DNA from: a virus | Taxonomy: Duplodnaviria > Caudoviricetes | Virus record (IMG/VR): IMGVR_UViG_2600255140_000004 | Location: 1-64,000 of that record | DNA length: 64,000 nucleotides | Strand: one strand, 5' to 3' | Shown: positions 20,541-30,673 of the stretch, one piece after another | Position numbering within the stretch: position 1 is the stretch's first letter | Layout: each line of letters opens with the position of its first letter | Position numbers and translations under genes: made by a program | The notes under the pieces: generated by a model | The model's database searches: none | What the model was told of the DNA's origin: nothing | What the model saw: the letters and a program-made list of their open reading frames with translations, nothing else

Positions 20541-20665
20541 AAAAGGTGCGGATGTTAAAGGACATCCGCCTTTTTTTAGCCAAATTATATTATGGCATGA
20601 AACATGCCTGAAAGTTCGGACGGCAGGTTGCAGGTCTGCTGCAGCTTGTAAGAGGGGGTGGGGAT

Positions 20666-20998
20666 ATGCTCATGCTATACCTCTGTGCAGAGGATGGGAA
20701 ACGGATGCGCCTGGTCCAGGGAAAGTTTGGATTGTTCTATCGATGCCCGGGCTACTTTGGCAAGCCTCCTTGTTACGGGAGGCTCGCACTTGGGGCGGCG
20801 GAACTGATCGCGCAGATGGCGGACCGGCTGCAGGAGCAGGGGGAACTTGACGGGGCGGTTTTGCATCTGCAGAAATGCGATGTGCGGTTAAGGAAACGCT
20901 CCGATACATTATGTGAGGCGGTTATCCGCAGGAAGGGGGCAGGCATCCGCAAGGTGCCGCAGGTTTATGGGAAACAAGATTGTGACAATGACGTTTGA
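20666..20998 (+). CDS. Topoisomerase-type zinc-ribbon protein
   Basis: C..DGKRMRLVQGKFGLFYRC..Y....C. Confidence 0.55.
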   Translation: MLMLYLCAEDGKRMRLVQGKFGLFYRCPGYFGKPPCYGRLALGAAELIAQMADRLQEQGELDGAVLHLQKCDVRLRKRSDTLCEAVIRRKGAGIRKVPQVYGKQDCDNDV

Positions 20999-21218
20999 TG
21001 AATATGACAGGATGATGGAAGAATTCCAAAAACTGCATCTTAAGACACGCTGGCCGGCGCTTGATGATATGGAGATCTTAGAGTCGGATATCCAGAGGTT
21101 CCTGCCTTATGCGTGTTATCTGGATGGATACGGGGAAACACCACGGAACAAGGATGAAGAATACAGGAAAAGGACGCTGCGCTTGTTCATACAGGAACAT
21201 TTGGAGCTTGTGGATTAA
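20967..21218 (+). CDS. Hypothetical protein
   Basis: ORF in co-directional cluster. Confidence 0.55.
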   Translation: MGNKIVTMTFDEYDRMMEEFQKLHLKTRWPALDDMEILESDIQRFLPYACYLDGYGETPRNKDEEYRKRTLRLFIQEHLELVD

Positions 21219-21225
21219 GAGGTTT

Positions 21226-21489
21226 ATGGGAGGAAAGAGATATTTAGCGGTCGCGGAGAAACCGTCTTTGTGCAAGGCAGCTAACGACTGCTGCCGGAAT
21301 CATCGGGCAGAGGTCGAGGCGGCAGTGGGGAGCATTGATTTTATCGCTTTGGCCGGGCATGTCTGCACATGGATGGAGCCGAACGACTATAAAGGCTGGG
21401 ATGGGAAATGTTTGTTTAGTCTTGTTCCACAGGCTCCTTGCAGCCGGCATCCAGCTAATATAAGCATTGGAGGTGTATGGAATGGATAA
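21226..21489 (+). pseudogene. N-terminal Toprim fragment of type IA topoisomerase
   Basis: LAVAEKPS...LAGHV...EPNDY..W, then similarity is lost and the frame stops. Confidence 0.7.
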
Positions 21490-21862
21490 CCTGACCAGGC
21501 TTGACAACCTGCTTGACATGGATCCGCTGCTATTGATGGAGCATCTGCGTAAAGAAGTGGATCTGCGGTTCCCTGACGGTATAGATACGGAAACAGGGAA
21601 AATGGAGGCGGTGCAGATGCTCAACAAAGCCGCCGCTTATGTATGTTACTTTAAGGAAATGGAAACATTGGCGCGGATTACGAAACGCGACAGGAAACGC
21701 CAAGGCTGCGGCAAGGAAGAGTTTGACCGGATACTGGGTGTTGAGGAGGTGATGGAAGCGTACAAGCGGATTGCGGAAATGCATTATGATGCAATTACAC
21801 GCATGCTGTATACGAAGAAACTGATGCTTGAGGAAACCCGGATGCTCGGGAAAACAGTATAG
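21482..21862 (+). CDS. Hypothetical helical protein
   Basis: GGAGGT RBS. Confidence 0.65.
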   Translation: MDNLTRLDNLLDMDPLLLMEHLRKEVDLRFPDGIDTETGKMEAVQMLNKAAAYVCYFKEMETLARITKRDRKRQGCGKEEFDRILGVEEVMEAYKRIAEMHYDAITRMLYTKKLMLEETRMLGKTV

Positions 21863-21891
21863 GAACTAGAGAAACGACAGGAGGGATTTCC

Positions 21892-22092
21892 ATGACGAAT
21901 CTGGAATGGATCAGGAGCCTTGAGGCTCCGGAGCTTGCAAAGCATGTTATCAATCCATGCGATAATTTTTCCTGCCCGGGCTGCCCGTTGCGGGATAGGA
22001 AGAGAGACCGGTGCATATTAAATTCCGGTTTTGGGCAGGGTGACGGCTCGGCGATTGCATGGCTTGAAAGTGAACATACCTGGATAGAATAA
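21892..22092 (+). CDS. Small Cys-rich phage-like protein
   Basis: MTNLEWIRSL...C..C..C...WLESE; GGAGGG RBS. Confidence 0.65.
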   Translation: MTNLEWIRSLEAPELAKHVINPCDNFSCPGCPLRDRKRDRCILNSGFGQGDGSAIAWLESEHTWIE

Positions 22093-22116
22093 GGCTGCCC
22101 AAAGGCAGCCTTATTT

Positions 22117-23529
22117 TTAGCGGAACTCAACGATGTAATTCAGGACAGTTGCTGATTCGTCGTAAAAGACAATCTCGTCATTGCGTAGCGCATTTCCAGC
22201 ATGTGCATGGAGGCAGTCCGCGCCTTTGCCGAGAGTTTCCGTGCGGTAGTTTATGCTGCCGCTCCATGTATGCACATCCCACGGCGTGCCGTAAGCAGTT
22301 GCATACAGGCCCATAAACGCGCAGTCATCATGCCCGTTTGCCCATGACGTGCCATGATAGCTCGTATAGTTCCATGATTTCATGGATGAGGGGGCAAAAT
22401 AAATGCCGTCGGAGAACATCTTGCCGGTAATGATAGCGTCTGGTTTCAGGAGAAGGCCATTCCGGATAATGGATATCCAGTTCTGGTTCCTTGACCCGTG
22501 CCAGAGCTGTTTCACTGTCTTGATGCCGTGCTTTTTCAGATATTGGTCGAAACGTGCCTGCTGTGCCTTCGGAATCACACGGTAAATGTTCTTCACTTTT
22601 GGACGAAGGGAGTCGGAAAGCTTTGAAAGCACCTGTTTTTTCTGTTTTTCCGTTGCCTCGTATACTTCAATGCCTGATGATTCGAAATCGTTTGGCATTG
22701 AGCCTTGATGCGTGGTCATGCCGTCCATGGCCATCAATAAGTCGCTTTCCCTCTGTAGGATTCGAGGGAAGTCGTTTGTGCTTTTTGCCATCAGGTCTCG
22801 GACTCCTGAACCGTCGCCTGTGCGTACAGGACGCTGCAGGATTGCGATCAGCTGCAGCAGTGAATCATTGAATTCTTCCGTGGTCTTCGCCGTCCGCATT
22901 TTCCCGATCAGTGATTCTGATTTTTTGAGGATTGCATGGGTGATCGGCACGCTGACACGCGCTTCCCTGACTGCTGTTTTGGAAAAACGCTGCAGGATTG
23001 CAAACAGTCTGGCAGATGCGCTTTCTGCCTGTTTCTCACATGTTTCTTCCGGCTTTTCAGGCTTGCGTGTCGTTGCATCAGGGGTAAGGTAGACATCTGA
23101 GTTGTCTATATACCCTTTGGAAAGTTTCTCATAATACTTGACCCAGAACATACTGAGAGGGTACATATAAGAGCGCTCTCCGAATAACGCACCTTTCGCT
23201 ACTCCCATGCGCCCGTATGATGCCTTGACTTCGTTGCCGCATGGCTCAAGCTTGTAGAACTTGTATGCATTCCGCCCTTCATCCACACAGGTCAGGTACC
23301 GGCTTGGGTATGAATCGTCAAGGATGCTGTCAGGGAGCGTGTTGCAGTTTTCGGTAATGAAACGTGTCCCGCTCCGTTCCCTGATTGAGTAATTGACTTC
23401 GCCTGCTGTGCCGCAGATTACCTTTACTGTTCCTGATGGCTCTTTGCTGAGCATGGCAGCAACATCTTTGTAAAAGTCCGTTACGTCCACTGTTTTCTGA
23501 GTTCCTTGTGTCTGGTAATAGATTTCCAT
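22117..23529 (-). CDS. WGR-domain PARP-family ADP-ribosyltransferase
   Basis: KFYKL...YGRMG (WGR-like); LWHGS; GKMFSDGIYFA; KSWNY; NDEIVFY; AAGGAGG RBS before ATG 23529. Confidence 0.85.
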   Translation of the reverse strand: MEIYYQTQGTQKTVDVTDFYKDVAAMLSKEPSGTVKVICGTAGEVNYSIRERSGTRFITENCNTLPDSILDDSYPSRYLTCVDEGRNAYKFYKLEPCGNEVKASYGRMGVAKGALFGERSYMYPLSMFWVKYYEKLSKGYIDNSDVYLTPDATTRKPEKPEETCEKQAESASARLFAILQRFSKTAVREARVSVPITHAILKKSESLIGKMRTAKTTEEFNDSLLQLIAILQRPVRTGDGSGVRDLMAKSTNDFPRILQRESDLLMAMDGMTTHQGSMPNDFESSGIEVYEATEKQKKQVLSKLSDSLRPKVKNIYRVIPKAQQARFDQYLKKHGIKTVKQLWHGSRNQNWISIIRNGLLLKPDAIITGKMFSDGIYFAPSSMKSWNYTSYHGTSWANGHDDCAFMGLYATAYGTPWDVHTWSGSINYRTETLGKGADCLHAHAGNALRNDEIVFYDESATVLNYIVEFR

Positions 23530-23574
23530 TTTCTTTTCCTCCTTTAATGATGTTTTTCTCTTCGAATCTGAGTA

Positions 23575-23800
23575 CAGGCAGACATTAAGATTCCCAAAAA
23601 AGAGCTGATCCAGGAATATGAAAACCGGGGAACGACGGACAGGATACGCAGCCTGCTCTATGCAGCAAAGGCATATTGGGATGAGCAGGGCATAGAACCG
23701 GGGAACACGGAGGATGTGATCCATGAAATCAACCGTCTGCATCCGGACTGGAAACTACATAAGGAAACGGAATGCAAGGTGTTCCCTGTGTGGATGTAGC
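23575..23800 (+). pseudogene. 5'-truncated gene remnant
   Basis: Open frame DIKIPKKELIQEYE...VFPVWM* with no start; abuts the PARP leader. Confidence 0.4.
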
Positions 23801-23942
23801 GTCATTGGGGATGATTCGGCGCAGAAAGCGCGCCCTTTATATATCTGTGATATCCTCTGAACAAAGGGAGTTTATATGGACGGGGAAATAACATCCGCCA
23901 TAGACGTACAGGGGTCCGTGAACCGGACGGAAAGGAGAACAA

Positions 23943-24125
23943 ATGGAGATTGTCCTTGATGAAATTATGGATGCATATGGACGCGCTGATGGGCGTGCTG
24001 ACAGCCCGGATGATGGAAATGAATGGATTGGCCTGGAGAACGGCAGGCTTGTGAAATACCGCTATGCAGATGGGAAATACCACAAAACAGGGTATCTGCT
24101 TGACGAGGGGGAACATAAGGAGTGA
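23943..24125 (+). CDS. Small hypothetical protein
   Basis: AAGGAG RBS. Confidence 0.55.
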   Translation: MEIVLDEIMDAYGRADGRADSPDDGNEWIGLENGRLVKYRYADGKYHKTGYLLDEGEHKE

Positions 24126-24179
24126 ATTTTCCCGCAAAAAAGAAGAGGCGTTATGCCCCTTCTTTTTGTTCGCCAAAAT

Positions 24180-24815
24180 TCAGTCTTCCGTGCCATCCCA
24201 GGTTTCATCCAGGAGGCAGCCTCCTTGAGCAGTGAGATGGCATCGGCCTTCCCCGCCTTCATAATCAGACTCCATGAAAAATGTGGTATCTGGAAATTTT
24301 TTCGATAATGCCAGAAATACAGGTATTGGCGCGCTCCATGCTGTTAAAAAGCTCAGTGTGGAACCATCGACATAAGTTTCGCAGGCGTTCCATTTCGTGC
24401 CCCACTTATCACAGCACCAGTCATACCATGTTGAATATCCATAATCTTCCATGTTTTTAACATATTGCTGTCCGTCCTTGTATAGCTTGTCAGATTTCAC
24501 ATAATCACATGCTCCATTGGTCAGTTGAACAAAAACGGTTTCCGGATCCCATATGCCCATTCGCCCTATCATGGCTTTTGCGTCGGATGATAAGTTGCGG
24601 ATGGACGTTTTGCATTTCCCTGTCAGGTAATAAATAACAGCGTATCTTTTTTGTGAGCCTTCCGTGATGCTGAGACTTTTGGGCATCGGAATCAGCTTAT
24701 TGAAATCGAACTGTAAGCCCTTCTCCCCAGCCTTAAATAAATCATGGTCGAGGAAAACGAAGTTCCCTCTCTTTTTGCCCTCCACTGCTATTGTGTTGAT
24801 TGTCCAGTTTGGCAT
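24180..24815 (-). CDS. YubB/DUF1281 ferredoxin-like plasmid protein
   Basis: MPNW..N...FDFNKLIPMP...WYDW...WGTKW...F.TAWS.P. Confidence 0.75.
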   Translation of the reverse strand: MPNWTINTIAVEGKKRGNFVFLDHDLFKAGEKGLQFDFNKLIPMPKSLSITEGSQKRYAVIYYLTGKCKTSIRNLSSDAKAMIGRMGIWDPETVFVQLTNGACDYVKSDKLYKDGQQYVKNMEDYGYSTWYDWCCDKWGTKWNACETYVDGSTLSFLTAWSAPIPVFLALSKKFPDTTFFMESDYEGGEGRCHLTAQGGCLLDETWDGTED

Positions 24816-24902
24816 AGTCTTGTCCTCCTATTTTTCTTATTTCCGCTCATAATATGGAGGGTGCCGGGAATTTTCTTTTTTCCTGTAAAAAGCAGAGAGA
24901 AA

Positions 24903-26045
24903 TTAACGGGCCGGCTCTTCTGAAATCTCTTCTTCCGGCTGCTCTTCGGTAACTTCAATCTCTATTTCCGGCATCAGGAGTTCCTCAACCCGTTCGGCAA
25001 GTTCGGGGGATTCCCCGCGCAGCAGCTCAAGGTTCTCCTGGATGCGGTCATATTCCTGGGATTTCCATGAAGAATCCTTTAATACCTGTAAGTCAAACTC
25101 GGCATCATGGATATCCCCGCGCAGGCTGTTCCGCTTTTTTTGAAGGAGTTCAATCTCGTATTCAATGTCAGCTCGTTTCTGTTTTAGTTTTGTGGAAGAA
25201 TCATGCAGTTCGCGCATGGTTTCATAAGCAAGCCGCTGTGTCGCATCCAGCTCCTTTTTAATCGCCTCCTGCTCCATGTTCCGCTGCCGTGCAAGCGTCT
25301 CCTGACCTTTCCTGCGCTCATCCAGTTCTTTTTTATAGGCTGCTGCCATCTGCGTTTTAAAATAATCTTTGGTGCGCTCAATATAATCCCCAAATCGTTC
25401 CCCTTGTTTTATGGCGGGTGCCTCAATGTTTTTATTGAGTGCGGCATAAAAACGCTTGATGTCCGTATGTTTGGCCCGGCTGTTCTGGATTCCGCGCTCA
25501 AGCCCGAACCTTTCCATATCCCTTGCGTAGGAACTCTGCATTTCAGTCAACTGGCTCGGCTTGCCCGTGAACCGCCTCGCGTTTAGTTTTCCCTGCTCGT
25601 CGATTGGCATGACCAGTGCATGGCAGTGGACATTTCCAGCCTCATCCCCGTGGTATACCATGCTCAGTACATTGCTCTTGCCGTCCGGGGCTACATCAAA
25701 AGTTTTTTTCAGCCATTCCGCATTCTGCTTTTTCCAATCTTCTACGTTTACTTCATTGATCCTCCCGCGGGAGAATGTTGTGACAATTTCGTAGGCGAGG
25801 ACAGCATTCTTGCGTACACTGTGTGTTTTGTAATAGTCCAGTTCCTTTATGCGCTGCTCCCATGCCTGTTTATAGCTCATCTGTTCTCCGTTCTCATTGG
25901 ATGGGAGGGGAATCACTTCGTGGTTCTGGTCCATCAGGCTTTTGTCTGCGTTTTTTACTTCTACTGTCCGATAGTTGTGCCGGTATCTGGCGCCCATATT
26001 TGAGAATGATTTTATCTTTTCGGTATGCATGAAACAATATGCCAT
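24903..26045 (-). CDS. mobV: MobV/Pre relaxase
   Basis: HNYR; RKNAVLAYE; HGDEAGNVHCH; GLERG...HTDIKRFY; coiled-coil C-terminus. Confidence 0.88.
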   Translation of the reverse strand: MAYCFMHTEKIKSFSNMGARYRHNYRTVEVKNADKSLMDQNHEVIPLPSNENGEQMSYKQAWEQRIKELDYYKTHSVRKNAVLAYEIVTTFSRGRINEVNVEDWKKQNAEWLKKTFDVAPDGKSNVLSMVYHGDEAGNVHCHALVMPIDEQGKLNARRFTGKPSQLTEMQSSYARDMERFGLERGIQNSRAKHTDIKRFYAALNKNIEAPAIKQGERFGDYIERTKDYFKTQMAAAYKKELDERRKGQETLARQRNMEQEAIKKELDATQRLAYETMRELHDSSTKLKQKRADIEYEIELLQKKRNSLRGDIHDAEFDLQVLKDSSWKSQEYDRIQENLELLRGESPELAERVEELLMPEIEIEVTEEQPEEEISEEPAR

Positions 26046-26100
26046 TGATGCCGCCTCCTTTCCTCTGCGTTTAAAATATGGTGATTCCCAAAAACTAAAA

Positions 26101-26123
26101 TGTGTAGTAAGTAACAATACACA
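26101..26123. other. Candidate MOBV oriT inverted repeat
   Basis: TGTGTA-N11-TACACA just upstream of the relaxase. Confidence 0.35.
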
Positions 26124-26356
26124 ATTTATTCCTTTTGTTGTATTCTCTGCAACGCCCGGCTCATAACCTGTAACTTTGCCCTGCGTCTGTATTTTTACAT
26201 ATCCCGTATTTGCTGTCGCTTTTTGAATGCCCGATTCCTGTCCGTGTTTTGTTTCTAATATCATCCATCCTTATTCGCGCCCGGCATCTGCTCCGTGCCC
26301 GGTTTCCAAAAGTGATGACTTTTGGCAGAAGTGCCCGTCGTTTGCGGTATCATAGT

Positions 26357-26866
26357 ACCCATTAAGGTGTCACGTCGATTTTCTTCTTGTGTGGAACGAG
26401 TGTACTTGCATTGTAAAGTGACCCAGCAAGGCGTCATTGTGTCTGTACGCATGTAGATTTTTCGCTGACAACAACGACACTGTAAGATGGCATCGCAACC
26501 ATAAACCAGTGACCCAATAAGGCGGGTTAACAGAATTGCAAAATAAGGATATCAGTCAGTCGAACGCACCCGGTAATGCGGGATAGCGAAAGCTATGAAT
26601 CCGGGCGTTGGGGTGAGAAAACTGACCCGGCAAGCTGGGGCAGGAACACAAGAATGGAACTGTTTTGCAACCCAACAAGACGGGATATGATTTTTGTCAA
26701 GCACATTCAAAAAGGTGGGGATTTGCCGGGAAACCCGGTACTTGCTGCCGAATTCGAGCCTCGGTTTGTAATGGCTGGTACGGTGATGTGGCAGACAGCT
26801 AACGGCTCCGTTCCCTGCTGATGAATATGCGCCTTAGTTTCCAACGGCGGCTCTGGTAATGTGGCA
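26357..26866 (+). repeat. Degenerate 16-bp direct repeats (ACCCRRYAAKRYGKSA-like), iteron-like
   Basis: Copies at 26357, 26421, 26477, 26512, 26568, 26625, 26670; weaker at 26705, 26778, 26851. Confidence 0.6.
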
Positions 26867-27163
26867 GTCTGTTGGCGAACCCGTGTCATGCTGTCGAATC
26901 TAGTTTTTGACATTCGGCATCGGAGCGCATGGAGTTTCACTGACTGGGGGATAACGGGATTCGCCGTAAGGCGCAGATGCCAGTGCCGGCTAGGACTGAT
27001 GATTGGGTCTCTGGAGATATCTGCCGGGCTGACAAGAGAGGCTGCATTTGGGCGAGAGGAAGAATCGGAACCAGGTTCCGGCAGAGGGCTGCTGGGCAGG
27101 GAACGAAAGAAAAAAGAAATCCGCATATTTGGAGAGGAAGAATATATAAGAGGAGGTTTTATC

Positions 27164-27430
27164 ATGAAGTATCTTATGATCATCACAGCGGAAGACGAGC
27201 GCTATATGCGGGGCGAGGTACAACTGGATTTTTTCAGCAGCCATCCGTGGGAGGGGCTGTTCGTGGATGTCGTAAAAGGGAACACGTTCGAAGAGCTTTA
27301 CGGAGATGGCAATTATGAGGGGCTGTTCTACCAGCTTTATGAGACAGATACTGGGCACCGGATAGGATGTGGGATTTTTGATCCAGACGCACCAAAGGAA
27401 GAGATCCGCGAGTGGGAAACAAAAGTTTAA
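27164..27430 (+). CDS. Hypothetical protein
   Basis: GAGGAGG RBS; terminator 27431-27454. Confidence 0.7.
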   Translation: MKYLMIITAEDERYMRGEVQLDFFSSHPWEGLFVDVVKGNTFEELYGDGNYEGLFYQLYETDTGHRIGCGIFDPDAPKEEIREWETKV

Positions 27431-27468
27431 AGAGGGGCAAAAGCCCCTCTTTTTGCTTAAAGGCAATA

Positions 27469-28023
27469 TTATTCTAATCCTTTAAATATCTCACCCAATG
27501 TCATTTTTATATGTGGAAATGTCTTTAAAGCAACTGCCTGTTCCACATTATAATCTTCGTCTTCTTTATCAGCCTGCAACATGTAACTATGTTCCAAGAC
27601 ATACCGCTTGTTTTCCAAATAATAAATTTCGACAGACCCCTGGGGTGAAACAATCCAATATTCCTCCACGCCCGATTGCTCATAAATGTCTTTTTTTATG
27701 GTCTTGTCGCGTTTTGCGGTAGAAGGGCTCAATGTCTCGGCAATAAATTTAGGGATTCCGCTATAAAAGCTGCCCTTCAGATGTTTCCTGTCACAAACGA
27801 CCATGATGTCTGGGCACAGATAGTCGTCGCTGATGCTTGGGTTATATTTAAAATCCAAATTCTCCATAAATACCAGGCAGAGACTATCTTTTAAGCCATT
27901 TCCGATAATTCTATGAAGATTACTGTTGATGATCCCATGCTTAAACCCTGGTGTTGGCGACATGTCATAAACCACACCATTAATTTTTTCATCTTTCTTC
28001 CGCTCGAATTCAGCTAATCCCAT
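27469..28023 (-). CDS. Uma2-family PD-(D/E)XK endonuclease
   Basis: PDIMVVCD...ETLSPST...D...K..IY...GVEEYWIVSP. Confidence 0.9.
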   Translation of the reverse strand: MGLAEFERKKDEKINGVVYDMSPTPGFKHGIINSNLHRIIGNGLKDSLCLVFMENLDFKYNPSISDDYLCPDIMVVCDRKHLKGSFYSGIPKFIAETLSPSTAKRDKTIKKDIYEQSGVEEYWIVSPQGSVEIYYLENKRYVLEHSYMLQADKEDEDYNVEQAVALKTFPHIKMTLGEIFKGLE

Positions 28024-28255
28024 GTGTTCACATCCTTTCTGGCTAAATTATACCATATCGGCATCTGTATTGAAAGATTTATCTAATGGATTGTCGGGAT
28101 GCGCGGTGAGGCTCTTAGCTTGCGAAACCAAACTTCGTTTCAGGACTGCACATAAATGTCTGCCGTGCCATGAATTGAAGAATTGTATATATTCGGCAAA
28201 TATGCTATTATGTCAGTAACCTTATTGTGCCTATTAAAACAAAGATGGTGATGAT

Positions 28256-28936
28256 GTGAAACAAAATAATATGACGATTGGTAAAGTTTCCGCTATAATA
28301 GCATTAATTTCAGCAATAATTGGCATATTAGCGAATTTAGCAGGAATAACAGAGTTTGTGTTAAAAATGAGGGATAGATATGGGCCAGGCTCAGCGCAGA
28401 CATCGGAAATATCAGAAGAAGAGCCGGGAAAAAAGCAAACAGATGATATTAAAAGGAATGTATACAGTATTGACGAGAATGGGAAAATAACGTTTGTTCA
28501 AGGAACAGAGATTGTTTTAAGAGTGAAGAATAATGAGGGACTTGTAACGACAGATAGTAGAGGTTATCTACAAGGGAAAGGCTCTGAAATAAATTCTGAC
28601 AGTATTTATCAAATACACAATACGCCAGATGATTATAGCGGGTTACAAGGTGTATATGGATTTGTCAGGGTGGCGGCAGATGAAGATAATGCGCCTGTTT
28701 ATGAAAATGCTGATGAAATCCAGTCATGGGAATGCTTTGAATTTTTCAAACATAATGAATATGTTTATATTAAGAGCCAGGCGAATGATAAATACATAAC
28801 ATGCGTTCTGGATGAAGAGGGAGACAGGCTTTGTGCGAGGGGGGAAGAGGTACAGGAGTGGGAATTGTTTTCTGTGTACATACGGGATAAAAAGAAATGG
28901 AAGAATATTTTTACTGATGAAAAAATGGAGTTTTAG
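28256..28936 (+). CDS. Membrane-anchored protein with fascin-like beta-trefoil
   Basis: N-terminal TM; repeats IQSWECFEF / VQEWELFSV; IKSQANDKYI. Confidence 0.6.
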   Translation: MKQNNMTIGKVSAIIALISAIIGILANLAGITEFVLKMRDRYGPGSAQTSEISEEEPGKKQTDDIKRNVYSIDENGKITFVQGTEIVLRVKNNEGLVTTDSRGYLQGKGSEINSDSIYQIHNTPDDYSGLQGVYGFVRVAADEDNAPVYENADEIQSWECFEFFKHNEYVYIKSQANDKYITCVLDEEGDRLCARGEEVQEWELFSVYIRDKKKWKNIFTDEKMEF

Positions 28937-29992
28937 GACATTTTTGCCAACCGTCAATATCTGATGGTTGTTTTTTTGTCCGAATTTGTAATTCATGCTG
29001 TACCATTGTCCGGATTTGTTTCTCAATTAAATATGTTTTAATTCCACATCTTTAAAAGTAGGATGTTTCGCCCACGGAATAGCACCAAAAGCTACCGTAG
29101 CATCTGGTAAAAGTAGCTATCCTCTCTCGTTGAATTTTTTAAACAGATTTTTATAATCCATTCTCAGCACATCCTTTCAAATTTTATTGACAGTGTTCCT
29201 GCCTACTAATATCACAATAATAAGCACAAAATTTGAATTATAAAAAATCGCTGAATAAATAACAGAGCCAGTAAGCAGTGAGGGATTCTCACTTGCTACT
29301 GGCTCTGCGTTCTTTTAATGGGGTATTAGGGGCAAAAGTCCCTAACAAGCGAATTTGGATAACCAAATTCAGTGTTTGGTAAGACAAAACTTATTCAACT
29401 ATTGTTAGCTATTTTTTCAGAAATATCATGTGCGATTACATTATAAACCCACCTTTTACCTTTGTTTCTCGTCGCAATATTTGATATTATAATCATAATA
29501 ATTAAAAATCCAATATAATATATGTTGAATAAAACTATTTCAGAAATAATACACAATGTAATGTAAATTAAATTTTATATCTATTTTTAGATTATCCACA
29601 TAAATACTATGTTTTCAAGTATTTTGAAGTATAGAAAATCATTCATTTTACCACGAATTTACCACGATTGATTGAGCCTTGATATGACAATAAAATAGCG
29701 CTAAAAAGACACCCTTAACTTAAGCGGTGTCTTTTTATGTACGGATATGAAATTGTCAAACTGAGATTTGTACTTCTGAACAGCTTGGATTTATCTATTT
29801 CACGATAAATCTATAAATTGCATAGGCAACCCATATAATCCAAGAAAAAAACCACAAATCAAAGAGAATACTTATTGTTAAATAAACGATAGCAACAGCG
29901 ATTGCTATTATCCAATTTTTCTTTTTAGTATATTCCATAATCAACCACCTCCACAACTGCAAATCTATCCCAGTTATATAAACTGGGATTTG

Positions 29993-30673
29993 TCAATGAA
30001 TCACCTCATAGCGTAATCTAAGATACGAGTTCTCCAAAACTACACATTCTTGCAACTTCACAACACCCAATTTTGATAATTCGCATTCTTCTGTCAAAGA
30101 CTTTCCATCAATTAGAGTAGAAGTATCCTTGCCGCCAATCAAAACAGGTGCAATAATAATATCTACATAATCAAACAGCTTTTCACGAAGAAATAAGTTA
30201 TTCAATGTTCCTCCAGTCTGGATTGTTATTCTCTCACAACCATATTCCGATTTAAGTTTTATAAGTGCATCTTTTAAGGATAATTCATTTTGGTATATGA
30301 TATGAAGATTTTCATCCTCTACGTTAAAGGCAGGATGTCTTGTATTCGTCGTAATCAGCACAAACTCTTTTGATAAAGCACAAAAATAGCGAATACCATT
30401 TTCATTCAAATGTTTATTATCAATTACAACAAAGGAAACCGGTGTTTTCCTTGGTATTTTCTTTTTATTTACTCCCATTTTTTCTTGCACTCTACCCGAG
30501 TTGAAAGACCACAAATCTGTTGTCTGCTCTATTTCGTAATATTGGTGTAATCCCTCATTAACGCCTTTAATTTTAGGAAAATCCTTATCTACATCCAAAT
30601 CATCTGTTGCACCAGTACTTATTTTCCCATCAACAGACATTAGCATAAACAATGTTGTAATAGGTCTATCCAT
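29993..30673 (-). CDS. RibD C-terminal/DHFR-family reductase (IME cargo)
   Basis: MSVDGKIS...TGGTLN...IAPVLIGG. Confidence 0.85.
   Translation of the reverse strand: MDRPITTLFMLMSVDGKISTGATDDLDVDKDFPKIKGVNEGLHQYYEIEQTTDLWSFNSGRVQEKMGVNKKKIPRKTPVSFVVIDNKHLNENGIRYFCALSKEFVLITTNTRHPAFNVEDENLHIIYQNELSLKDALIKLKSEYGCERITIQTGGTLNNLFLREKLFDYVDIIIAPVLIGGKDTSTLIDGKSLTEECELSKLGVVKLQECVVLENSYLRLRYEVIH

Noticed and set aside
23530-23742. Extended PARP N-terminus in the ORF track
   Set aside because: A strong RBS and leader sit before ATG 23529; the upstream sequence is an opposite-strand gene remnant
26357-26866. CRISPR array
   Set aside because: Repeats are only 16 bp, highly degenerate and irregularly spaced; no cas genes
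26300-27060. Group I/II intron, tmRNA or RNase P RNA
   Set aside because: Could not find domain V, tRNA-like ends or RNase P conserved helices by eye
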